Virus record (IMG/VR): IMGVR_UViG_3300031951_000044
DNA length: 52,057 nucleotides
Source of the DNA: a virus
Taxonomy: Duplodnaviria; Heunggongvirae; Uroviricota; Caudoviricetes
Strand: one strand, 5' to 3'
Of the stretch, positions 26,136 through 36,600 are shown in pieces. Both the position numbers and the translations under genes were made by a program. Each line of letters begins with the position of its first letter. Within the stretch, counting starts at the first letter, position 1. The notes below the pieces were generated by a model. The model did no database searches. It was not told the DNA's origin and saw only the letters and a program-made list of their open reading frames with translations.

Positions 26136-29104
26136 TAATTACAATTAATCGATAAATTTATTCCCACATTTAATTCTAGTGGATTATTTGAAATAGAAAA
26201 TACACAACCTAAAGTTCTTACATATAGAGTATTACCATCTAAATACCCATAATATCCATTATCATTCAATTCACCAAGATTTGCAATAATTGCATTTGTC
26301 CACTGTAATTGTGTGGGAACTTGATTTATTCCATATCCTGTAAAAAATGGTTCTTGTACGATAGAATTACCGTCAATTCTAATATCAACGTACCATTCAG
26401 AAACAAGTGAACTTAAAATACATTCATTTATTGTTAGTCCCTGACTTATTAAATAAGAAATTAATGTTTGATAAAGAACCGTATTAAATGATGTTGTTTG
26501 TAGTGTTTGTAATCCACCACCAACTCTTGGTAAAATGGAACAAGAATATAATCCATAATTACAATCATACGTAAATAAATTGTCTTGTGCAATACATGGT
26601 TTACATGGGACTGGAATAATCTGACAACCTCTTTGTCTTCTATAAACAAATTTTTGTCGATGAAAGATTGAATTTTCATATTTAATACCCGTATCCCATA
26701 TCGTTGTTGCGGGAACCATTTGTTCAATTAATTGAATCCAATAATCACCTATTTGTTCCACGTAATCAATTAATTTTTGATACGTAAAATCATCAAATGG
26801 AATGCAAACAGCTTGATTAGTTTGTATGTATTTCCAAAATACAGATGCTAATGTTGGATATCCACCAGTTTTTCCATCCGTTATATACATTCGATTACGA
26901 ACATTAATCATATTTGTCCAAAATGTTTGAGCAAATTCAAAAAATGTTCTTCTTTTTGGTTGTGGATTAATTATTGTCCAATCAATACCTCCGGGTACTG
27001 GATATGGTGAAGTTAGTCCAGAATCTGGAATTGGATAATTATATTTTTGAGATGATGACCAAACATCGTAAACCAATCCTTGTGCTGGATTTAAGAAAAT
27101 TTCAGTATTTTTAACATTTAAAACTAATTTTTCATCATAAGCATAATAATATGCGTTATAATTACCATCAAAATTTTCTCTTAATCCAACTTCTGTTGAG
27201 GGCCAAGATTTTTTATTATCTAATACTCTTTGTAATTTAAAACCTTCCCTCATATATGGGAATTTTCTAAATCTTTCAAGGTATTTTTGACCGTAAGTAA
27301 ATGGTTCTAATTGCGTTTGAATTGATGGATTATTTCCCGTGAAAACTGAATTTGTTAAATTAACTTCCTCAGGACTTCTATGTTGAGGTGTTGACTGATA
27401 CCAACCAGCACCTTGTTGGAAAAAGAACGATTCATTATCTTCTGGTGGTTTTGGGAAACCAAACTCATCAACTGGATAGTTTTCAAGTAAGACATTTACT
27501 TGCTCAAAAGATGTTACAGATGTAAATGCTGTATATTGTATACCAAGTAAATTAAATGTATTTCCGGGAATAAGTTCCGGATTTATTTGTGTAAACGTCC
27601 CAGCAGAAATTTGTGCAAATTTGGTCTCAAATTGAAACATATTAATTCTTTGATCCGCCATGTAAATATTCTCATTAAATTCAATAAGAGCATCCGGAGC
27701 ACCAATCATCCTTAATAAAAATTCAATTGAACGTCTGGTTCCTTTTGACTTAAATAAGTAAGCGGAATTAAGTATTAAGTTTCTATAAAATTGATAGTTT
27801 AATTCATCAGGCGTTTTGTTTACGCTAAATCCTTGATATTGAGATTCACCTCCAGTTGAGAATATAGCATTTAAAAATTCGTCTTCAGATATTGGTGAAA
27901 CATTAATTTTCCAACCCAAAGTCATCGAAAGATTTTTAAGTAACTGAGATGGAATATCATTAGATGGGTTATAATGAACCGAATTCATATAAGCCAATCC
28001 ATCAATAAATTTTTTAACTTCATCAAAACTTCTACCATAAATTTGTAAAACTTTTTCAATTTTTTGGTCAGAAGTATCAAATTCTTTAATAGCCTCAGTT
28101 GTTAAAAATCTAGAAATTAGATTCGTTTTAACAATATCAAATGATGCTCCAATTTCTGATAGATTTTCCAAATATGATGAAAACTTTGTTGATTCAATAT
28201 CTAAATTCCATATAAATCTTTTAGGCCAAGTTAATGATACATTATTTATATAAAATTTACCATCATCAGTTTGTTTTGGTACTTTAAATACTGCGGTATA
28301 TTCAGGAACAATTAATCTATTTAAGAGAAATTTTTCGACTTCATCAAAATCTTGATTAAATGAAAGTTCGGTGTAATAAGAATTTGGTTTAATGTAAAAA
28401 TCTTCAAGTATATATGAAAGACCACTAAATGGATTACCTCTAACAATAAATGTTAATGTCCCAGAATCTAATGTTTCAGATGGAGTAAAATCAATGATTT
28501 CATATTCATTATTGTTATAAAATAATGAATATTTCTCAAATTCTGTTTTAAGGTTTCTTAATCCAGAAACTTTAATTTCTCTTGTTTCTAAATTTCTGGT
28601 TGCATTAACAGAATAATCAATTAAGAATGGATTTCTTAATTGATAAATATTAATTGTGAACTCAGTTTCATCTTCAATTGAATTGTATGCTGAATTATAA
28701 GCAGTTACCCCTGTTGAATAGTCGGAATTTAAGTTTAAAACTTCAATTGCCGCAGGAAAATAATTTATTATTTTTTGTATAGAAACTTCTAATCGTTTTG
28801 ATAGTGAACCATAAAGAGTAAAATTAGTTACGTCACTTAAGTCTAAATTAGGGAATACACCATAATTTTTTGCAAATAAAATTCTGGACTCTAGTGTTGA
28901 GTCTAATTCAAGATTTTCAAGAGATATTGGTTCGGAAAACGAACCAATACTAAAAGTCCTGTTTACTTTTTCACTTGCTGATGTCGTAAACTCAAAATTT
29001 GCTTGTGTCAAGCCACCACCATCAACTAATTGGAAGCCAACTATGTTGTCAAATGGCGTTTGAGAGCCGCTAGCATATTGTGGAGGACATTTAAATTTTG
29101 CCAT
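26135..29104 (-). CDS. Baseplate wedge protein with P2 gpI/T4 gp7-like tail domain
   Basis: DIPSQLLKNLSMTLGW ... YLFKSKGTRRSIEFLLRMIG resembles the phage tail protein I 'KGT..gi..ll' block. Confidence 0.6.
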   Translation of the reverse strand: MAKFKCPPQYASGSQTPFDNIVGFQLVDGGGLTQANFEFTTSASEKVNRTFSIGSFSEPISLENLELDSTLESRILFAKNYGVFPNLDLSDVTNFTLYGSLSKRLEVSIQKIINYFPAAIEVLNLNSDYSTGVTAYNSAYNSIEDETEFTINIYQLRNPFLIDYSVNATRNLETREIKVSGLRNLKTEFEKYSLFYNNNEYEIIDFTPSETLDSGTLTFIVRGNPFSGLSYILEDFYIKPNSYYTELSFNQDFDEVEKFLLNRLIVPEYTAVFKVPKQTDDGKFYINNVSLTWPKRFIWNLDIESTKFSSYLENLSEIGASFDIVKTNLISRFLTTEAIKEFDTSDQKIEKVLQIYGRSFDEVKKFIDGLAYMNSVHYNPSNDIPSQLLKNLSMTLGWKINVSPISEDEFLNAIFSTGGESQYQGFSVNKTPDELNYQFYRNLILNSAYLFKSKGTRRSIEFLLRMIGAPDALIEFNENIYMADQRINMFQFETKFAQISAGTFTQINPELIPGNTFNLLGIQYTAFTSVTSFEQVNVLLENYPVDEFGFPKPPEDNESFFFQQGAGWYQSTPQHRSPEEVNLTNSVFTGNNPSIQTQLEPFTYGQKYLERFRKFPYMREGFKLQRVLDNKKSWPSTEVGLRENFDGNYNAYYYAYDEKLVLNVKNTEIFLNPAQGLVYDVWSSSQKYNYPIPDSGLTSPYPVPGGIDWTIINPQPKRRTFFEFAQTFWTNMINVRNRMYITDGKTGGYPTLASVFWKYIQTNQAVCIPFDDFTYQKLIDYVEQIGDYWIQLIEQMVPATTIWDTGIKYENSIFHRQKFVYRRQRGCQIIPVPCKPCIAQDNLFTYDCNYGLYSCSILPRVGGGLQTLQTTSFNTVLYQTLISYLISQGLTINECILSSLVSEWYVDIRIDGNSIVQEPFFTGYGINQVPTQLQWTNAIIANLGELNDNGYYGYLDGNTLYVRTLGCVFSISNNPLELNVGINLSINCN

Positions 29105-30009
29105 TATGATGTTATATTGACAAAGTTTTTACTGAAATCAATATTATTTTCACGATCTTCTCTAACTTCATAGAGTAGATTATTAAACTCATCTTTGATT
29201 TCATATAGGTTATATTGTCTGTAAATGTTATTTTCACCATCGTAAATTGTGTAAATACCATCTTCAATCGACTTAGTTTGATTACCATAGATTGCATAAG
29301 AAAGTGTTTGAATGTCGTGTTCAACAATTTCAATATCTAAAGTAATTGGATTAAAATACGTATTATTTAATAATATAGTTTGTGCTGGTTGTCCAATAAA
29401 CGGTGTTGCATTTGGTTTGTTTGTTGGTGCAGAAGATGGTGATAGTGTGCAGAACATTAAATTAGTTGTTCCATCAACATATCGATATCTAATTGCTTTT
29501 TGAACCGTATTTGTTAAGTTTTGAACAACAGGTTCACAGAAAAAATTAGATGTTATAACTCTAAAAAAATTTGGTATTTTTGTGCCGTCTGCATTTAAAT
29601 ATTCAACTCTATAACCAACAAGTCCTTGTGCGATAAATTTATTTAAATCTTGTGCGGGTACATTATTTAAATCAATAACAATACCTTTAACGTTTGGTAA
29701 TGACGAAAGTACTCCACAATCAGTAATTGTTGTTCTAATTTGTTTTGGTCTAATGTATAAAGTATAAATTCCTAATTTATTAAACTGATCAGCAGGTAAT
29801 CTAAGATTATACAATCCACCTAAAATCTCTAAATTAGTACCTCCTACTGTTGAGTTGCTAAAATACGGTCTTAAAATTGACGGGGCATCTAATTTTGTTA
29901 AAACAAAATCATTTGTAACATCTCTTGATGGTGTATAATTTAAAATTATTTCCACATCTTCCGGACTAACGTCCGCAGGTCTTATTGTTCCATATGCTCC
30001 TAAAGCCAT
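29104..30009 (-). CDS. Hypothetical virion (baseplate region) protein
   Basis: 301 aa ORF; TAATG overlap with the next gene; located in the structural operon. Confidence 0.6.
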   Translation of the reverse strand: MALGAYGTIRPADVSPEDVEIILNYTPSRDVTNDFVLTKLDAPSILRPYFSNSTVGGTNLEILGGLYNLRLPADQFNKLGIYTLYIRPKQIRTTITDCGVLSSLPNVKGIVIDLNNVPAQDLNKFIAQGLVGYRVEYLNADGTKIPNFFRVITSNFFCEPVVQNLTNTVQKAIRYRYVDGTTNLMFCTLSPSSAPTNKPNATPFIGQPAQTILLNNTYFNPITLDIEIVEHDIQTLSYAIYGNQTKSIEDGIYTIYDGENNIYRQYNLYEIKDEFNNLLYEVREDRENNIDFSKNFVNITS

Positions 30010-30022
30010 TTTAAATCATTAT

Positions 30023-31144
30023 TTAGTTTATTTTTACCACATTAAAAAATCCATAACCATATTTTTCTAAATCACCAAGATTATCAACTTCACCTATTCT
30101 TTGTATTCTTTCATACGCAGAATTTTTTCCTCTCTCAATAAATATATTAGATTGTACTTCTGGTTGCATAGAAATCTTAAGAAGGTGTTCTTCTTTTACA
30201 ATTGGTTCCTCAAGCAACCATTCAGCAATTAACCCACTGCTTAATCCGCTATAAATTGTTGATCCATCGGGTAAATCAAAAAATTGTACTGACTGAGTTA
30301 CACCTGTTCCAATTGTGTATCCAGTACTCCCATCAAGACACGGATTACAATCAATACTACCAATTTGTTCACCACCTAAAAATACAGGTCCGGGCGCGAA
30401 TGGATTTGAACCATAACGAGCTAAATCATTAATTCTAGAATAAGTATAACCAGTTATTGCAAATGGTGATGAAATATAATTTGGGATTGAGATTTGTTCT
30501 GCAACAGAATTATTTGCATCATAATCATAAATAAAATCATAAGACGCTGGTGTTGCTGTCCAAGAACCTGTCGTAACATCAAATAATACCGTTCCGGATG
30601 GGTTTGAACTAATTGGAGATTGATTTAAAGGTATTACTATATTTCTAGTTGTTTCAATAACCCCAAAAATATTTAAAGAAGTTAATGTTATTTGATAATT
30701 TCCACTTGATGCATAAAAATGACAACTACTTAAGGGTGAAAAAATATTAATCGGTTGTGTTGGTGTCCCATCGCCCCAATTAATTGTATATGTTGTATTT
30801 TGATTTACTAAAAAAGTGTTGAACTGAACATCCGATGTATTGTATACACAAATTGTATTAAATGTTGTATCCGCTGAATCAGCAGAATATATGAAGTTAT
30901 TTAAAATTTCTTTCTGTATTATATCACCATCCCATGTGCTATAATAACCAATATCTTCAAAATTTTGATTTAAATAAACGGGTAAAGTCATATCGGTATA
31001 TAAAGAACTACCATTTGTTCCACCACTCAACATTTGGGTCATGGAAGAAAAAACTTGAGCGGTACCCCCACTATAAGTAACAGTTGTGTCGTTTGTTAAT
31101 AAAACCTCAGGAGAAATTTTTATATATATCGTATTTTCTTCCAT
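30023..31144 (-). CDS. Structural protein with PKD-like domain
   Basis: YTINWGDGT...HFYASSGNYQITLT is the PKD WDFGDG...H.Y...G.Y.V.L pattern. Confidence 0.65.
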   Translation of the reverse strand: MEENTIYIKISPEVLLTNDTTVTYSGGTAQVFSSMTQMLSGGTNGSSLYTDMTLPVYLNQNFEDIGYYSTWDGDIIQKEILNNFIYSADSADTTFNTICVYNTSDVQFNTFLVNQNTTYTINWGDGTPTQPINIFSPLSSCHFYASSGNYQITLTSLNIFGVIETTRNIVIPLNQSPISSNPSGTVLFDVTTGSWTATPASYDFIYDYDANNSVAEQISIPNYISSPFAITGYTYSRINDLARYGSNPFAPGPVFLGGEQIGSIDCNPCLDGSTGYTIGTGVTQSVQFFDLPDGSTIYSGLSSGLIAEWLLEEPIVKEEHLLKISMQPEVQSNIFIERGKNSAYERIQRIGEVDNLGDLEKYGYGFFNVVKIN

Positions 31145-31923
31145 TATGGATTAATATATTCAAACCATTTTATGGGTGTTAAGGAATCTCCAACTCTATT
31201 TTGAGTCCAATAATCATATACTCTATATGTTTGTGTTGGATAATCTAACTTCACCTTATAATAAAAATACTCATCAGGATTAAAATTTGTAATATTTGTT
31301 AATTGTTTATTTATGAGTCTAACAAATCTTCCATTTTTAGCGTCAAAAAACTTTGCTGACATATAAAATGTATCAATATTAAGATAATCTCTATTTTTTA
31401 ACCAATAAATAAAAAACCCTTCTTTGTCACCAATAAAATCTAATGGAAAGACTGGTTTTTTTATATTAACGGAATTATTACCAATAAGTGCTGATTGTGT
31501 TAGTCCTTGTTGTGTTGGTAAAATTATTGTAATGTAGTTTTTTTGTTCTGTTGATGCGCTAAAATCATAAAAATCCAGTTTAAAAAATGATTTACTAAAT
31601 GAATTTGAATTATAATAACATTCTTGTGGTGTAAATAAATTGGATTGGACATAACTACTGTAGTATGTACTATTTATTTGATTATAAAAATTAAATTCAT
31701 AATTAATTTCTGTTTTTTGTTCTCCATCTTCCAAATAAAAATCATTTGAAAATCTACTAACTTCAAAATCAACTGGTGGGTTTATTGAACGTTCAATAGC
31801 GCCAGCTTCATAAACTGAATAACCATCATCTAATCCATTATATTCCCAATCAGAATTAAACCGAAGATTAATTTCTTGGTCTCTACTATCAAATGCTATT
31901 TTAAATTTATTCACACTCATCAA
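31144..31923 (-). CDS. Hypothetical virion (baseplate region) protein
   Basis: 259 aa aromatic-rich ORF, coupled to neighbours. Confidence 0.55.
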   Translation of the reverse strand: MMSVNKFKIAFDSRDQEINLRFNSDWEYNGLDDGYSVYEAGAIERSINPPVDFEVSRFSNDFYLEDGEQKTEINYEFNFYNQINSTYYSSYVQSNLFTPQECYYNSNSFSKSFFKLDFYDFSASTEQKNYITIILPTQQGLTQSALIGNNSVNIKKPVFPLDFIGDKEGFFIYWLKNRDYLNIDTFYMSAKFFDAKNGRFVRLINKQLTNITNFNPDEYFYYKVKLDYPTQTYRVYDYWTQNRVGDSLTPIKWFEYINP

Positions 31924-33688
31924 TTACTGGGTCTATAATTACATTTGAATATCCTAAATAATTTGCTTGGTCAGGTATTAATCTGAAGAATATTGAATTA
32001 TATGGATAATGTGTTTTATTTAAAAATGGAAAATCTACACCAACTTCATCAGCATCAATATAACCATAAGTATATACATCTCTCCATCTCCATTCTTGCA
32101 TGAATGTTGAGTAGAAACTATATGGTGGTATATCAACAGCGGTGTATCCAGAGTAATTAGTTGTTGACTCAAAAAATGTGCTAGAATTATTTGTTCCTGT
32201 TTCAATATAAGGTGAAAAAGCTCTTATTTTACATGGAAAATGCGCTTGATAATAATAACCGGGTAAATTGTTTTGGTTTATTTGATTACCTAAAGAAACA
32301 TCAAATAAATTTGGATTGTATTTTATTTTATGATAATGTTCTGAAATAATATTTTCTTTTTGTTCGAAATCATTGTATTCACAAAAATCACCGTCAATAA
32401 TATCACCTATATTTAATGTTTTATTATAGAAAAAATAATAAGCATTTGTACTATCTGAATACCACTCAGTTGGAATATTTGTATCCGACAACGTATTTGT
32501 ATTTTCCCACCAGCTATTAATGGTATTATTTGTTATGTTAAAATACCAACCTTTTTTTAATGCTGAGGGGGTTGTTTGTGTTTGTGGTGGTAAAGCTATA
32601 TTTGGATAGTTAAACCAACCCATATAACCTTTATGAATAAACGTTAAAAAGATTTCACTTACAGGTTTACCATTATTATCAGTTAATCCTGAAATATTTA
32701 AATCATTCGCGTTCGTTACGTTGTATGTTCTATTTGTATTTCTAATACTGATTCTACTTTCCAAATTTGGAGTTAACGCACTAAACTCATATTTTTTAAC
32801 ATCTTTAAATGAGTTATTTTGATAACCATTATATGTTAACGTTAAATCATCTAAATTGGTTAATATTTTATTTTTTCTTATGTAATATTTTGAAGTTGTT
32901 TCATTTATATTATTTGGGTCCAATACACGCTTAAATAAAGCGGTTTGCGTATTAAACAACGATAATGAATACCCAACATCAATAACATTAAATATTTTTT
33001 CATCTGATGCAAACTCACCGTTTCCTAATGAATAAACTTCATAGATATTCGTTCCATTAAAAACAAACTCATTTTGATTCTGTAAACCATTTAACATAAC
33101 AAACTCACCAGCGGTTAAATTATGGTTAACAAATGTTCTAAACTGGATAACATTAGTTCCGTTAATTTCGCTTCTTGCGATAAAAACAGGAATACCATCA
33201 CCAGCGGTCCAAGTTATTGTGTTTGTGGAATCAACATATTGTAAAGTTGTTGATTGGTCGTTACTATAACCATAACTTAAAAAATAATTCCAATTATATG
33301 TTGACGCACTTTTACTAATAAAGTTAATATGCGCATTATTGATATCATTTCTAATTAAATCAAATTCAATATTCTGGGGATAACCGCTCCATGCTGATTG
33401 ATATGTATTATTAACATAATATAAATTATTTAAAAATGGGTCATAATCAGTTCTACCAATTAAGTCGTTCTCGTATAAAAACTTAACATTAAATGTAAAT
33501 CTAAAATTTGTTGATTGTTGTCTTTCATTATCAAAAATTTGATTTAAACTAATTGCTGAATTTCTATTTGTTTCTAATAATTCTTTCTGTTTTTGTTCAA
33601 ATGGCGGAATTAATGATATATCTGTATCAATTGCTGATTTATATCGCAATGAACCTAAAACCACGGTTGTGTTGTTTCTACTTTCCAT
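31907..33688 (-). CDS. Hypothetical virion (baseplate region) protein
   Basis: 593 aa Asn/Tyr-rich ORF, coupled to neighbours. Confidence 0.55.
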   Translation of the reverse strand: MESRNNTTVVLGSLRYKSAIDTDISLIPPFEQKQKELLETNRNSAISLNQIFDNERQQSTNFRFTFNVKFLYENDLIGRTDYDPFLNNLYYVNNTYQSAWSGYPQNIEFDLIRNDINNAHINFISKSASTYNWNYFLSYGYSNDQSTTLQYVDSTNTITWTAGDGIPVFIARSEINGTNVIQFRTFVNHNLTAGEFVMLNGLQNQNEFVFNGTNIYEVYSLGNGEFASDEKIFNVIDVGYSLSLFNTQTALFKRVLDPNNINETTSKYYIRKNKILTNLDDLTLTYNGYQNNSFKDVKKYEFSALTPNLESRISIRNTNRTYNVTNANDLNISGLTDNNGKPVSEIFLTFIHKGYMGWFNYPNIALPPQTQTTPSALKKGWYFNITNNTINSWWENTNTLSDTNIPTEWYSDSTNAYYFFYNKTLNIGDIIDGDFCEYNDFEQKENIISEHYHKIKYNPNLFDVSLGNQINQNNLPGYYYQAHFPCKIRAFSPYIETGTNNSSTFFESTTNYSGYTAVDIPPYSFYSTFMQEWRWRDVYTYGYIDADEVGVDFPFLNKTHYPYNSIFFRLIPDQANYLGYSNVIIDPVIDECE

Positions 33689-36600
33689 TATTCAACATAT
33701 TTTAAGTAGAATTTATCGATTGCTGTTGCCGCATTCTTTAAACCAAAATAAAAATACCAAGGACCGCCAATTATTGTTGGGTTTGGTCCGCTACTACCAA
33801 GTAACGAAATATTAGTTCCAGATGGATTAACATTTGTTATAAAACCTCTATATGATTCTTCCGCACTATTAGCGTTACCTCTAAAAAAGTCTGAAGATAT
33901 TCTATCCAATAATTGATATGGATGTGAACCTATAGACATAGACCAATCATTATTTTGATTACCAAAAATCAATGATGTGTTTGGTTCTATGTACCATTTG
34001 TAATATGGAACTTTTTGAGTAAAAATGGGTATTTGTTGACCTACTAATGGGGATTCACTAAAAATGAGTCTTCTCGGTGAGATTAAATCTCTATTTTGGT
34101 TATCACCATCAAAGAAAATACCTAATAACCCACCATCGGCATTTCCGCCAAAGTAAATATCCGAATTATTGTATTGGTCTGGAGAAAACTCAAATACACC
34201 AAATTGGCTATTAATTTGAATTGACTGTGCATAATCACCATCAATTCTTTTTTTACTATCACCTCTTTGATTTTTAAATAATGCAGCAACGCCAGAATTT
34301 TGTCCAACACCCAAAGCTAATGCTAATGAATTAGCGTTAGTTAATCTACTTAAGAAAAATAATTGTAATATTTCTGTAACATCTTGATATGATGTTGGTT
34401 TTAATTTATTTGCGACATAACCTTCATATTCGGGACCATAAATAAGTTCATTTGTGTATGAATTTAATGGTCCTAAATCCATAATTGTTGTGGGATATAA
34501 TAAATTTTTATCTTGTACTGAATTAATTGTAGATTTACCAATAAATTGATTAAAAGTCGTATTATAAGGTGATGAGCGATAATAATAGTTATTTGTGTTT
34601 GGGTCTAAAATAACCACATCTGAGCAATATAATGAATATGGTTGATTATTTTGGTTATCAAAAAATCTATTATTTTTAATTGCAAAATGATATAATACAC
34701 CATTTACCCATGAATTAACGAATGTATGAGAGATAACGCCTAAACACGCACCTAAATTTAGTCTTAATCTACCAACCCACTCACCTAATTGTGCAAAATC
34801 ATTGTTTTCTTGGAGAGGATTTAAATCAAGTATTGCTCTTTTTACTAAAATATAACAACCATTGTCTACTGCAATATTTGGTCCGGTCCTATTACAATTA
34901 TCTGTTGATGCTGTTTCCGAAAGAGTTGCTGGTGTTCCATTCTGATAACAACTTAAATCAACCAATGATTCACAACTTAATGAATTAATTATACCACTAA
35001 TATTTGGACCACCCGAATTATTATCATAATCATCTTGAGTGTCAGATATAGTATTACCATCAACATCACTTGTAACTTCAACATCCACAGCACTATCTAA
35101 CCAAGGTTGACCAATTCCTTCACCTGTTGAATCCTCACCATAAAGATAAATAAAGAAGTTATTATTTTGCTGTCCCGGAGCAGAATTATTTTGATTACCG
35201 AATAAGCCAAAATAAACAAAATCCTGATCTAGATTAGTTGATGTTGGCAATCTATCGGACCTAAATACCAATCTAGTTGATGCTGATACAGTTAGTGTGT
35301 TACCGGAATCATATTTTGGTGCAAAATAAATAAAGGTTTCCTCGTTATTATCGCAATTATTCGCATTGGGGGATGAGGGTGTTGATACACAATTTTGATC
35401 ATAGACAAAATAACCTTCAGGTCTTTGGTAAGTATAAGAACCACCCTCAATATATTCACCAATATCACTACCGCCGAATGTTGTTTCAAAATAACCACCA
35501 CAACCAATAAAAGCTGAACTGATTGGACCACCGGTTCTTAGCTCTAATTGGCTACCAGCAGCAACAGTAATATGTCCAACAGTTAATTGCGTCCAAGGAT
35601 AATTATTATTAACTGTGAAATTTGATGTTACCGATGATAAATCTAATGAAGAATAATATGTGTGTAAATTTGTTGTATAAGAACTAAAGGAGGTATTAAA
35701 ATCTGTATTGTATGATGGATAATATATAAATCTATTAAAATAATCCCCATCATTTGCATTATTTGATAGATTATTATGATTTGCTAATCGATAATTTGGT
35801 TGTATTGGAACATTAAGTTTATAGTTTCCGTTTACAATATTATTGTCTGTATACGTGGTATAACCGAAAATTCTACTTAAATCATAGCTAATATTAACCC
35901 TTTCAGTGTTAACATCAACACCTCTATTTAAAATAATAACACCAAAATTTTGGTAATTATTGAATGCTGTTATTGCACTTAAAGAACAAACATCCGTTAT
36001 TGTATTATCACAAATTGATAAATTTCCGTATGGTTGAATTGGGGGGCAAGACGAATCAACTGGTAATAAAGTCGTAAAATTATATGGCGGGAAACCGAGT
36101 TGTGTTAGAGGTGTAAATAACTTACGAGAACGCTTAATGTTAACTATGTAATTAAGATATCTTGATGCTAAATCATTAACTCCACTTGGATTAACTTTTG
36201 ACATAAATTCGGTATATGTCATTCCGGTTATTACTTGGAAATACTCAATATCTGTTGGGTATTTATATTCTGGACTTCCTTCGGTAAAATTAACATTATA
36301 TGTTGTTGATAAAGGTGTTGGATTTAAAACGAGAGGTGTGTCTTGCGGATTAGCATAAGTTACATTAATTTGTGTTAATCCAGTATTTCCAGAACCAATA
36401 ATCGAATTACCTGAATTTCCTGTTACATTAAAATCGTTTGATAGTAAAAAGTCTTGAAAAGAAACTAATCTACCCTGCGTATAATTTTCTAAAGTTTCTG
36501 GATCAACAATTAAAATATATGTATTATCTAAGTGGTAAGTTGTTGCACTATTATTTAAATTAGGTTCAACATAAACTTTAATTTGGTTTGCACCACCAAT

